DNA from: Octopus sinensis | Taxonomy: Eukaryota | Assembly (NCBI RefSeq): GCF_006345805.1 | Contig: NW_021823748.1 | Coordinates: forward strand, 1-21,322 | Direction: 5' to 3' | DNA length: 21,322 bases | In this document: positions 1 through 11,676 of the stretch, one piece after another | Numbering within the stretch: position 1 is the first letter of the stretch | Layout of the letters: each line of letters starts with the position of its first letter | Notes under the pieces: model-generated | Database searches by the model: none | Told to the model about the DNA's origin: nothing | The model's input: the letters and a program-made list of their open reading frames with translations, nothing else | Program-made: the position numbers and the translations under genes

Positions 1-20
1 ATATATATATATATATATAT
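1..20. repeat. (AT)n microsatellite
   Basis: Direct reading; runs off the window edge. Confidence 0.95.
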
Positions 21-515
21 TAAAAATGTAGTTGTGTGAGTGTTTGTCGCCTTCGATTTAGATTTCTAACTACTCCCACATTTTGCGGTGCAGTTTAACC
101 AAATTCGGGTATATTATAGTCGTGATTCATATCGAGGCCGTCTGGGTATTAGCGCGCGTCTACGATGAGTTTACGATTTTTTAATAATTTAACATCATTT
201 TTATTCCATTTTAATGCATTTTTCGTGTGTCGATGGCGCGGAGTTGGCGTCCATGCTCACACCTGCAACCTGTTTGCTTCTCCCCCTTCTTCCCCTCCCT
301 CGTGAAGCTGTGGGAAAGGGAGTGTAAGGAAATCACGTCGTAAAGCGTTGTCAAGGAGACCAGCGTTCTTTTAGAACAACGACTTCATGGCTTGAAGACA
401 CAAACAGAAATGGCTAAGGAAAGCCCGAATTGGCATCTATAAGGGAAGTAACTCTCTAAAAATGCTTATATATTATTTCCCTTACAACCTGAGCAACGTC
501 GGGCGATACTGCTAG
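21..515 (+). mobile_element. Probable non-autonomous Helitron-like element
   Basis: Ends in CTAG (512-515) followed by T, preceded by a GC-rich near-hairpin cctg-agcaacgt-cggg (488-503). Starts out of an (AT)n run followed by taaaaat. The 3' hairpin plus CTRR-T pattern is the known Helitron terminus. The 5' TC is not visible at the window edge. Confidence 0.55.
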
Positions 516-1204
516 TATATTATATGCAGTAGTGGAGCCTTGGAATGTCAAATCAATTCTTAGCCACTACTGTTCTCAGGTTTACTTCGAGACGTCAGTG
601 TTCTATTTATGGGTAAATTAGCATGTGTTGGAATTACGTCCGGAAGAAAGCCCCCTCACAGATATCCGAACAGACAGGCAAGCAGACAGGTAGACAGTCA
701 GACAGACATATAGATTTCGATTTGGATGTAGCTCATATGATGCAAACGTAGTGGAAGGCGCGATACGTTGTGGCTAGATCCAGTGCTGATGAAACTTTTC
801 AGCTCTTTAACGGTAATTTAAGTACAAGCCTCTCTATACAAATCCAGCATCCTAAGAATTTCAAGGTTTGTAGTACCTTTTGCACCAGACCAGTATAAGT
901 TTGAAAGACGATAGAATGGAACTGGTTCTGTACAATTCATTCTCGCTATAATAATATTTATTGTGCAGGTTGTTCAGAAAGCAAAGACACCAGTACCAAC
1001 ACCATCGCAATTTTTTCATAAATGCAGTGGAGATAGGGGAAAAAAAGGCGACGAGGACGGGTAGAGCAACTGGAAGTTTTCAGTTTTGACTCTGTAAGCA
1101 GGGCTTATCTATCTGTCTGTCTTTCTGTGCAGCTATTTTGCTGAACCCGCATTCGTCGAATCAACGAGAAAGTCGATCACGCACAGAAACACGCAGGCAC
1201 TCGC

Positions 1205-1234
1205 GTGTGTGTGTGTGTGTGTGCGTGTGCGTGT
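1205..1234. repeat. (GT)n microsatellite
   Basis: Direct reading. Confidence 0.9.
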
Positions 1235-3167
1235 TAAGAAGGAGAGAATGGGTCTAGCTCTGCACAAACCATGCTTACTATAATAATTTACATGGTGCAG
1301 TTCGTACAGCAAACTAAGATGTTAGCACCAACATCGTCCCATTTTAATACTTTGTGGCTGTGTATTACTGAACTCTCATCCATCAATACGACGAAAGAAT
1401 TACCCCCCCACCCTCTTATGCTATGCTTGAAGAGGAAAGGGTGATCGTAAAACTTACTAATAATTGTGAGCGTTCTAGATAGGGACCCAAATTTCTTTAA
1501 ACACACGATATATTACCTTAGGGGAAAAAACTAAATACAAATACGTTGGATTATTATATGCATTATATTTTCTTCGTCCACTATTCATGGAAAAGTCATG
1601 GAGGTAAAAGTCCTCATGCGACTCCTCTATACGGTTCCATGTGAAGCAACCTTTATTGGACTTACCACGTGGATTCACAAGCTTAACCACATGACACTAA
1701 AGGCATTGTGCGACGATCTCGTTCTTGGTCTACTTCTAAGTCTCCTGTCTGTTGTTGCGGCTTGAAGAACCCGTCTGGGGATTATTTCCAGCGAATCCGT
1801 AGAACCAGAGCTATAACCTCTCAATGCGAAGAAGTTGCGGCTCAACTTAGAGAGAGACACCATTATCTTTCGAGCTGGTCATCCTGTTGAGAAGCTTTAC
1901 TCCAAAAATACTTCCGAGGATCCCCATTTCGGCTACTTATATTCACAATCGTACTCTTTCGGTTCTTACCCAACTTTCATTATTAGATTAGAGGGTAGGT
2001 ACGGTAAACGAATTGAAGACGAGTTTGGCTATGATCGAATGTTGGAGCTCCTTTATTACTGTGTCAGCTACTATAATTTTATTATCCAATTCTAACTTAT
2101 GCTTTCTATCATTCGTTAGCGTGGATCCAAAATACTTAACTTTTCTACATGCCTTAGTAATGTTCCACTAATATGCAGAGTGCACCGAAATGACTTTCTT
2201 GGAAATCGACTAAATTAGAGCACACAGAAACCGCAGTGAAAATACATCGGTTGGCCATAGATTCACTGCTTGCAGATCAGGCCTGAGATTTCATCAAGTG
2301 TACAGGAAGGATTTAAATATACATATCGTGATCACTTGTTGAGCGTCTTCTCGGACTAATACGTCCACATTCATGACTGTGATGTCCCCGTCTGGCCTGA
2401 GTTTTTGTCACTATGTTCTTTCGGTGGCTGAAATATCTCATCTGTGCGTGCCACGACTGCTGATGATAGCAGTAATTCCTCAAACGAACTGGTTGATCTT
2501 GGCTATTGACAATTTCTTTTTATTTTTAATCTGTTCAGCATCTAGTGACATTCGCTGTTGACTTATCTGCTGAAATAGTCAACATCTATCATGCTACACC
2601 CTAAGATTTCAACGTATCCTGGCTCGGGTACTTACATGAAATTTTAACAAATATCTGAAACACTGACGTGCCATAACTCCGGCTCAGAGAAGGCGAAGGA
2701 ACAATGGTGGCTAAGAGTGATTCCACATTCTTCAAAATCTTGGCTTCTCCCCAACCATGACCCCATTAACGGATGTAGTTTAACCAATATAAGAATGTAC
2801 GCACATGATTTAATTGTAGCGAACATTAGTGTAGAATGTAGAATAGAAATCAACGATAGCTAGGAGCTAAAAACCAACAATGGAAGAATACAGGGCTTCA
2901 ACGGATGAAATGTTGAGAAGTTTTAAGAAAGAACACCTGAAAAGTAAATGCGATGCATATATACGTATTTTTAAACCGAAGGGGTATAAAAATGTTGTGG
3001 CATTGAGTCTGTTAGCAGCAGAACCAAGAAGAAAGCATGTGAATGTATGAATATGTGAATGTATTTCTCGAAAGCCAAGAGCGGTTTTTTGTGAAAGATG
3101 ATGTATAAAAGCGTGGATGGAGGAAATAATACAAAGATAGCATACACATATTATGTAGCCGGGTCAA

Positions 3168-3500
3168 AGAAGAAGGAGGAGGAGATGAAGAAGAAGAAGA
3201 AGAAGGAGTAGGAGGAGGTATGGTGTAGAGGTGGAGGAGGGGGAGGAGGAGGAGAAGAAGAAACATAAAGAAGAAACAAGAAGAAGAAGAAGCACAGAAG
3301 ACGAAGAAGAAGGAAGAAGAAGAAGAGAAAGAAGAAGAAAGAAGAAGAAGAAGAAGAAGGAAGAAGAAGAAAGAAGAAAAAGAGAGAAAAAGAGAAGAAG
3401 AAGAAGAAGAGAAAGACTAGCAGAAAGCGAAGGAGATAGGAAGAGTAACGGAGATTAAGAAGAAGAGGAGAAGGAGGAAACGCCGATGGAGGAGGAGGAG
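3168..3500. repeat. Purine-rich (GAA/GGA)n low-complexity tract
   Basis: Direct reading; source of the E/R/K-rich ORF 3231-3458. Confidence 0.95.
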
Positions 3501-3630
3501 GAATCCGGGCAAAATGGTGCTGGAAATTGCTATAATAAGTATTCCTACAGTATAACCGCTAACCAATTACATGCTTGAAGCTACCGAGCTAATAATAATA
3601 GGTGTTGATCATGTCGATCTAAACAAATTC

Positions 3631-3631
<1 letters not shown>

Positions 3632-3678
<47 letters not shown>

Positions 3679-3692
3679 ATGTATGCATGTAT

Positions 3693-3728
<36 letters not shown>
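3632..3728. repeat. Compound (AT)n/(GT)n/(TATG)n microsatellite
   Basis: Direct reading. Confidence 0.95.
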
Positions 3729-3729
<1 letters not shown>

Positions 3730-3879
3730 CTAAAAGTAAATAGACACCTCTCGTTATACCGTTTTATCTGTGCGGACACTACCTGGTGTTTCAAACTCGT
3801 TAATGCATTATAATTTTCATTTAAGATTACGGCAAAATAATTGTTTATAGTAACTAACCATGCCGCGAACACTAGAAGC

Positions 3880-4570
3880 AAAGATTTGTCTGATTTTCAA
3901 AGTAAATGGCCAGCATTATTTTTTTTTTTCTAAGATATATTTCTCCTTTTTTCTTTGTGTATTTACTGGTCGAAATAGATATTTCCTTCTAGCTTCTCTA
4001 CCATAGTAGTCACGTTGCTCGAGATACTTCAGAGTACTGCGACTCATTTGGAGTTGTTCTGCAATATCAGTTGCCTTATAATCAGGATTATTAAAGCGGC
4101 GAGCAGGCAGAATCGTTAGCACGCCGGGCGAAATGCTTAGCGGTATGTCATCTGCCGTTAAGTTCTGAGTTCAAATTCCGCAGAGGTCGACTTTGCCCTT
4201 CATCCTGTCGGGGTCGATAAATAAAGTACCAGTTTCGCACTGGGATCGATGTAATCGACTTAATCCCTTTGCCTGTCCTTGTTTGTTCCCTCTATGTTTA
4301 GCACCTTGTGGGCAGTAAAGAAATATATAATCAGGATTATTTTAAAGAATCCATCTGAACTCAACTGTCAGAAGGCTGAAATTAGCCTGAGCAAGATGAT
4401 GTTGGTCCCTTTGATTTGTTGGTGAATTGAACAATTATTGTGTTGACCATGGCACGAGGTATCATAATACTCTACGCAATCTTACGCTGGTTAAGTCTAC
4501 CCTCTGGCTGATCAGGAATATTGCCTTCTTTGAAAATAAGACAATATTTTGTTTCTACTGTTTGCGACAT
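3880..4570 (-). mobile_element. Decayed Tc1-like transposase (N-terminal DNA-binding region), interrupted by a SINE
   Basis: Minus strand from ATG at 4570 reads MSQT...GRLNQRKIA*SIMIPRAMVNTIIVQFTNKSKGPTSSCSG* (paired-like HTH). After removing the SINE it continues NNPDYKATDIAEQLQMSRSTLKYLEQRDYYGREARRKYLFRPVN, matching the Tc1 pattern NP..T..L...L.VS.ST...L...G..GR.ARKKPLL. Stops and a frameshift are present; no TIRs identified. Confidence 0.75.
4095..4325 (+). mobile_element. tRNA-derived SINE, family A, full length
   Basis: Head gcggcgagcaggcagaa, B-box-like gttcaaattcc, central cttcatcctgtcggggtcgataaa, tail ...gtaaagaaata. Flanked by a 16-bp TSD tataatcaggattatt (4077-4092 and 4326-4341). 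Matches the other copies in the window. Confidence 0.92.
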
Positions 4571-5303
4571 GGCTAGTTGTTATAAGCAATTAATATAATA
4601 CAATCTGAAACCATGGCACTCACTGACACCATTTTTATAGATACTAAATCTGGTAGTTGCACAACGCTAACACCAATGATGGGAACACACTGAAAATATC
4701 CGATAAACAGTTTGACGAAGCATTGAAAAAACGGCATGAAAATATTGCCGCAAAATGCAAGATCTTTACACCTAACACAGCAATGTTCACACTTGATGGT
4801 TCCTAATCAGAGCACATCATACGTAAAGTGTGTACTTCATGTGTGTGTGTGGGTGGAGTATGTACCAAATGAGTCAAAAAGCGTAACAAGGCGAGTTTTG
4901 GTTGCAGCTAGTTTTGGACAAACGAAATAATCTAGATCTGAAACAGGAGAGACACCAACCAGCGATTCAGTGTTAGGACATTATATTTTCAATCACAACA
5001 TTTGCCTCCATATGTTCGTATGCACAGCTTTAACACTAAAGAAGTGAAAACTATGAAATTCATTTAAGAAAACGTATTTCAAGTGCCTTAGAAATTTTTA
5101 GACTTACCTTCTAAAAGTGTAAAAGTTTTCCCAAGTGATCCGATATTTTTTCACTGATGAATTTGGTAAAGTTTAGTGCTAATGTCATTAAGATTCTAAC
5201 AAAGGTTTTAACAAAGTACAACTGTGTTCAAGTCCAGATTTGTTTTTAGAAATATTGCCTTTAGTTTTTGTATATCTGCAAAATAAAAAAAAAAGTGATT
5301 ATT

Positions 5304-5541
5304 GGTTTCAAATAAACAAAAAGTGATTAGTTTCAAATGTTGGCATAAAGCCAGCAAGTCCGGGATGGGGTTAAGTTGATTACATCGATCCAGGTGGTAA
5401 ACAGTTACTTATTTTATCGAACTCGAAAGGATGAAAGACAAAGTCAAGCTCAGCGGGATTTGAACTCCGAACGTAAAGAGAGACGAAATGCCGCTAAGCA
5501 TTTTCCCTCCGGCTTGCTAACGATTCTGCCTGTTCGCCGCC
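5304..5541 (-). mobile_element. tRNA-derived SINE, family A head and centre with a different 3' tail
   Basis: Reverse complement of the family A head and central domain, more diverged. The tail differs after ...aatcaactta. Possible TSD aagtgattatt (5293-5303 and 5549-5559). Confidence 0.85.
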
Positions 5542-5595
5542 CTAATATAAGTGATTATTAATTACATTTATATGCAACATACGATTACTTCTTAA

Positions 5596-6398
5596 TACCG
5601 GAATTTCCAGCATACAAACCGAGTTTTTCAAACAAATATTTATTAAAATAAATAAAATAGATAAATTATACACCAAAACAACTCTAGAGGATCAGAATTC
5701 CGTATGAAACGCAGCAGGATTTAGAAAGATAGTGACAAGGTTGGAGTGTTTACACTACGCGTTTATACAATATGCCGGAAAATAAACTGAATAGAAGTTG
5801 TCACAGGTAGAACACGTTTGATAATATTTTCTTGGTTTATCTTGAGCTGGGATTAAACTACAAATAAGCCAATAATTCTAATTACTATACCACATATTTA
5901 AAAATATAGTCCTATTTAAACTACTGCATTTTCTGGTATACAACTCAAAATTTTTCAGACCAAAACGTATCTATACCGATACAACTCTAAAGAACAAAAA
6001 ATTCCATGTGAAATACTGCAGGATTCAGGAAGATAGCAACGTTGTCTCAGTGTTTACACATGTTTATTCTATATATTATTTCGATTTAAGTATCAGAAAA
6101 TAAAGTATGTATTTATATATATATATAATTTGAGGGAATATTATTCCTAACTTACAGGGAAAAATTCAATTTAGAAATACTAAATCAAATTTCACAAAAT
6201 ATAATATATATAAAAATTAGAAAAAAAACACCTTTTATCAATTCAAAATGAACAATTAAATTACACCATCTACAAAATTACATATAATAGAAATATAAAA
6301 AATAAAATAACAATAATATACTGATGATTAAGTAAATTGCAAAATAATAATAAAAACGTATATATTTGGTATGTATATATACATACATACATACAATA

Positions 6399-6434
<36 letters not shown>

Positions 6435-6895
6435 TGTATGTATGTATGTATGTATGTATGTATGTATGTATGTATGTATGTATGTATAAGCATATTATTT
6501 TACACAAAATTCTTATGTATCATTTTCAAAATGTGCTATTAAGGAAATTCTCAATATCATGTGAAAATTAAGCCACAGTTGCCAACAGGGTTACACAATT
6601 ACATGAAATTGGTTATATTGAAATGTGATGAAACGATTGTAAAAGATGTATAAAACTGATGATTTCTTAAATCCATTCTTCGATAGTGTGTGTGTTTGTG
6701 TATGTGTGTGTTTTATGTATGTATGTATTTTCCGCGACACAAGTCGAATTTTCAGTCCAAAATTTATATGCCATAAAGGTAGGTCGACATATATACCAAT
6801 GCGACTTGGGACGATCAAAATATTCCATGTAAAATACAGCAAGCTTTTTAAGGATATTAAAGATTTTAAATGTTTACAAAACATGTTTACGCTAT
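5596..6895. repeat. Diverged ~150-170 bp dispersed/tandem repeat (copies ~5596-5770, ~5922-6070, ~6725-6895)
   Basis: Core attcc...gtgtttacac is 44/59 identical without gaps between copies 1 and 2. A shared upstream block attttc..a.acaa.tc.aa.ttttcag.ccaaaa is seen in copies 2 and 3, and more weakly in copy 1. Confidence 0.7.
6369..6487. repeat. (TATG)n microsatellite
   Basis: Direct reading. Confidence 0.95.
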
Positions 6896-7207
6896 AGAGG
6901 CTGTTCGCATTTAATTTGACGATTTCCTGTCTCATATTTTATTCGGGAACAACTTGATGTATTAGTGAACAGCCAACGACGATAAAGTGACTAACGATTG
7001 AACTTATGGTTGAGAAATAGTTAGCTGACATGGAGGGCTCGGAGTTACCTGAATAAAGGAAAGGTGGAAACTATAGAACTGGGAAAGAGAAGTAGGTGCG
7101 ACAACAAGGAGGGAGGAGCAGGTACAGAAACCACATAGTGGCAAAACGAGGTTCTTAGCATAGAACCACGCCTATAGTGGACAACAAAATGATTATAGGG
7201 ATAGTGA

Positions 7208-7255
<48 letters not shown>

Positions 7256-7316
7256 TACAGACAGAGAGAGAGAGTGAGAGTGTGTGTGTGTATATATATA
7301 CATATATATAGCTTAC

Positions 7317-7356
<40 letters not shown>

Positions 7357-7363
7357 CACACAC
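7208..7363. repeat. Compound (TG)/(TA)/(GA) microsatellite
   Basis: Direct reading. Confidence 0.95.
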
Positions 7364-7434
7364 AAGATATATGCTTAAATAATCTAAAGTTTATATACCT
7401 GCTTTTACATGTATATGATATGAATATCTAAAGT

Positions 7435-7810
<376 letters not shown>

Positions 7811-8173
7811 CTTCGATGACATTTTAGCTATCAGAAAATATGATATTCGCCACAATGCCCAGATAGCAATCATCGGTTATCGTATAGACAGAATATTAAA
7901 TAGGTGTATATATTATTGGAGTAAAAGATATACAGATATGTCCTAACACATAGCTCTTTAGCCAAACTGCTGCAAAGATCCATTCAAGTGATTAAAAACA
8001 TCTAAGCTTTTTATCATTACTCTTACTATTATTATTGTTGATGTGGCTGCTGTTGATGTTGGTATCAGAGACACATCACGTTCATGTATACACTTACATA
8101 GCTGTTTGCGTATGCGTGGTTATGCATTGCATGTATATGTATATGTCAATGGGTTCTTTTTCATACAGCTAAA

Positions 8174-8320
8174 CACACACACACACACACACCAACACAC
8201 ATATATATATATAATAATATATGAGAAAGGAGGAGAGAGAAAAAAAGTGGATGGGAGAGATGGAGGGAGGGAAAGAGTGAGGGCGAGAGGGAGAGGGGAG
8301 AGAAAGAAAGAGTCAAAAAG
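8174..8320. repeat. (CA)n/(TA)n followed by a GA-rich tract
   Basis: Direct reading. Confidence 0.9.
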
Positions 8321-8336
8321 ATGAGATCCAAATATA

Positions 8337-8565
8337 TATTTCTTTACTGCCCACAAGGGCTAAACATAGAGGGGACGAACAAAGACAGACAAACGGATTA
8401 AGTCGATTACATCGACCCCAGTGCGAAACTGGTACTTTATTTATCGACCCGAAACGATGAAAAGTAAAGTCGACCTCGGCGGAATTTGAAGTCAGAACTT
8501 AACGACAGACGAAATGCCGCTAAGCATTCCGCCCGGCGTGCTAACATTTCTGCCAGCTCGCCGCC
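8337..8565 (-). mobile_element. tRNA-derived SINE, family A, full length
   Basis: Reverse complement of the 4095 and 20717 copies; 11-bp TSD atccaaatata (8326-8336 and 8573-8583). Confidence 0.92.
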
Positions 8566-9039
8566 CTTTGATATCCAAATATACTCAATAGAGAAAACTC
8601 TTAATAGCTATCAAATTATTTGAACTTACACTCCAAAATCTTTGCCGAGGACTAAGTAAAGTAAGGCTATAAGAGGAATTCAGGTCCGCTGATGTGGAGA
8701 TAATGATGCAAATGAACAAACTTGGGCTTGACATATAAAGTATACATATATATATACACCCAAATAGAGAGAAACAAAGACTGAAATATTCAGACAATGA
8801 ACATTCATAGATGTTTATATACTTAAAGAGCAGATTTACACAGAATAAAGACAGGATAGAAGGTATAGTTTTACAGGTCCAACAGTTGTTTCTAGGGTCT
8901 CGAAATTACATAATAATGTTAGCAGATAGAGTTAGTACAAAGTCAAGAATATTCAACGAGTAGTGGAAGCCATATAACATTACGGTAAGTCTGTTCTCCG
9001 TTTTCCACCCAGAATCCATCTAAATATTGAAAAAGAGTC

Positions 9040-10149
9040 ACCTGTATAAAGTTGATTGACGCCGAGTATGAAAATGCCTATCTCGTGGCTGTTGCTCAAT
9101 GCTCCGTAAGCATTGTAAAGCTGTAAGACGTGATAGGAGAGATGCAGCGGAGACAACGAAGTTGGGGCCAGCAGAAACGGATACAGCAGACGTTCTGACT
9201 GCGCCCGAACACCGGAATTTATCCAACAACTGCAAGACACAGTGATGGAAGATCTGAGCAAGGATGTCTGGGATTTGGTGAAAGAGAGGGGTGTTGGAAT
9301 TGCCATCATGAAACTAGATCCGAACGAGAACTTTCACTGCCACTCGTACAAAAGACGCAAAGGACAAATTATAACAGCCAATGCAAGGAGAATCGCTTGA
9401 GGAAGGGAGAAAAGCTCTTTAACAACTTTAGGCATCCCGATGAGCTGTGGACAATCTGGTTCCTTTCAGGTGAAAAGAACTACCAGGAGCATATGCACAA
9501 CACCCAGAACAAAAGGTGGTTTGTCCAACGTAACCAATTTCTCACAAACTGTAATGGTCTTTGGGTGTGCTTTCAGTGAAACTAATATCATGCCACTCCA
9601 CATCTTTGAATAGGGTCAAATTATCAATTCAGAGAGCTATGGGAAGCTGCTGGAGATTGTGGTCAATCCATGCCTATAGAGGGTTGCTGCTGGAAGGCCA
9701 TATGTGCTGCAGCAATATTCAATCCCTTGCCATTCCTCAAGAAAGTGACAGATGTGGTTGTCGGAGAATTTCTATGACTTCACCAGCCCCAATTTCTGGT
9801 CTCCAAATTTCCTCGATTGTAATCCCGTGGATTACAGTGTGTGTGCTGCGGTTGAGAAAGACACCAACTGCTCTGCTTGCAATACCAAGGCCGAACTGGT
9901 GCCGAAGATAAAGGATGTGTTCAAATATCTTGCTAGCTACATTCTGGAACGCATACGCCAGGTTCCAGAATCGTCTCGAGGCCATGGTCGAAGCTGCGGG
10001 CGACTACTTTGAGTAAATTGCTATCTCCCAGCTATAATATAGTTCATATTTATTTTTGTTTTTTAAAATGCTATTACTTTTGGAGGGAATATTTGGTTTC
10101 ATTTTCCTTTTGTGCAAGCTGTTAAATTTAGCCCAAGCACCCTTTGTAT
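9040..10149 (+). mobile_element. Decayed DD37D (maT-like) Tc1/mariner-superfamily transposon
   Basis: Across frameshifts it reads RRSDCARTPEFIQQLQDTVMED...; WFLSGEKNY (first D, GAT>GGT, 9469-9471); VMVFGC; QQYSIPCHSSRK (second D>Y, 9716-9718); W..NFLDCNPVDY; RFQNRLEAMVEAAGDYFE*. There are 37 residues between the second catalytic position and the D of NPVD. The right end ...caagcaccctttgta is TIR-like; the left TIR was not found. Confidence 0.88.
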
Positions 10150-10318
10150 ATATACAACAAGCAAAGTAATTAGAATATTTATATAAGAGATGAAAGTAGA
10201 AATTATACCGACAAGTAACGAAGTAATGTTTATCACTACTTCAATATGACTGTCCGACATGACTATCTTTTTTAATCCCAGGAAAAGCCTCTTCTAGATG
10301 GTTATTAATACAATCTGA

Positions 10319-10362
10319 TGTATATATATATATAAACGTACATACATACATACATACATACA
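10319..10362. repeat. (TA)n/(CATA)n microsatellite
   Basis: Direct reading. Confidence 0.9.
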
Positions 10363-10587
10363 TGGCGATTCTTCCATCTTCACAGAGGGTTGCCGTCTCG
10401 TTTTGCTTCCTCAGTGTCAGATTTGCCGTTCTTGACCTCTCAGATGATAATTCAGTCTCACTGAATGTTTTGAAATATCGGTGGCAGACAAAAGCTTTAA
10501 CACGTTTCCACCTGGTTATGCTTACACATGTCGCCACTCTTCCATCACCATAAGACTTTCAACAGAGGAAATGCAAATGAGCTCACT

Positions 10588-10643
10588 ATAAAGAGATATG
10601 TTCGTCATTGGTTTATAATCCAATGACGAACATATCTCTTTAT
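10588..10643. other. Perfect inverted repeat: 24-bp stem, 8-nt loop
   Basis: ataaagagatatgttcgtcattgg (10588-10611), loop tttataat, then ccaatgacgaacatatctctttat (10620-10643), the exact reverse complement. Confidence 0.95.
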
Positions 10644-10917
10644 GATAAACGCTTGTTTATGAATACAATATGAATACCACCCTTTCGGTGTCCTTGATTA
10701 TTACCTTCTTGTATGTTGAAGCGAAAGGAACAAAAGGTTGCTGTATCAGCAGCTAGGTGTCCCTCACTCCCAGTAATTTTACTGCTCACTCTGACACCAA
10801 CCGAGGATATTTCTGCGTCCCCGCGTTCAAATGAATGTCATCAAATATGCAACTAATAAGTAAGTATGTGTATGTGTTGAGTGCAGAAATCCCCAAAATA
10901 AACACGCATACATTCAA

Positions 10918-10976
10918 ACACTGGTACTTAAATTATCGACCCTGAAAGGATAAATGCCAAAGTCGACCTCGGTGAT
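10918..10976 (-). mobile_element. SINE family A fragment (central domain only)
   Basis: actggtacttaaattatcgaccctgaaaggataaatgccaaagtcgacctcgg matches the central part of the other minus-strand copies. Confidence 0.85.
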
Positions 10977-10977
10977 C

Positions 10978-11031
<54 letters not shown>

Positions 11032-11064
11032 TTATAATTATAATAATGACAAATGATGATGATA

Positions 11065-11111
<47 letters not shown>

Positions 11112-11165
11112 AATTTCTTTATTTTTATTTGATGATGATATTAATAATAGCAATATTATTAATGA
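10977..11165. repeat. (AAT)n/(ATT)n/(GAT)n trinucleotide region
   Basis: Direct reading. Confidence 0.95.
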
Positions 11166-11676
11166 TATATATAGTCAATTTACTTATAACTGTTGTTACC
11201 TCGTCTGTTGTGTGCGCAGAGTACCAGGAGATGATGACAGGATTTTGTTTAATAGCATCAATAACTAAATCATCTACAATTATCTCATGGTTTACAAGTT
11301 CCAAAAAAATGTTCAATGTAGCGACGTGTGATTTCTACCGATTTAATGTGTAGTGTAAGAGATCTAGGAATGCAAAAGAGCCTAGAAACATGCTCTATAA
11401 GATGACAAAGCTCCTAACTATCATTTGCATCATCAGCAGCTTGAATATTATGAGCAGTATCTTCCCCACAAACAGTTCTGTACATTCTTGAGTAATAGTT
11501 ACTTCAGCCATTTTGTATTTTTATAATGGTTACTTGCTGTATTCTCTTGCACAACTGATGGCCCTCTGTGCAATAATATATTGTGGGTATTGTAATTTAC
11601 AGACAGGAGCCTCTGTACTTCAGAAATATTTTCATTAAATCAGTCCCTATTTGACGAAGAATAAAGCAACGCAAAT

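Noticed and set aside
527-571. 9-bp inverted repeat cagtagtgg / ccactactg
   Set aside because: Short enough to occur by chance.
958-1065. Candidate exon after tttattgtgcag (VVQKAKTPVPTPSQFFHKC...)
   Set aside because: The acceptor is plausible, but there is no strong donor, no recognisable protein and no partner exon.
3231-3458. E/R/K-rich ORF
   Set aside because: Translation of a GAA/GGA tract.
6100-6365. AT-rich block (tgagggaatattattcc...), and also 8835-8990, recalled as abundant Octopus repeats possibly linked to Penelope-like elements
   Set aside because: Single copy in this window with no diagnostic motif; cannot be supported without a repeat-library search.
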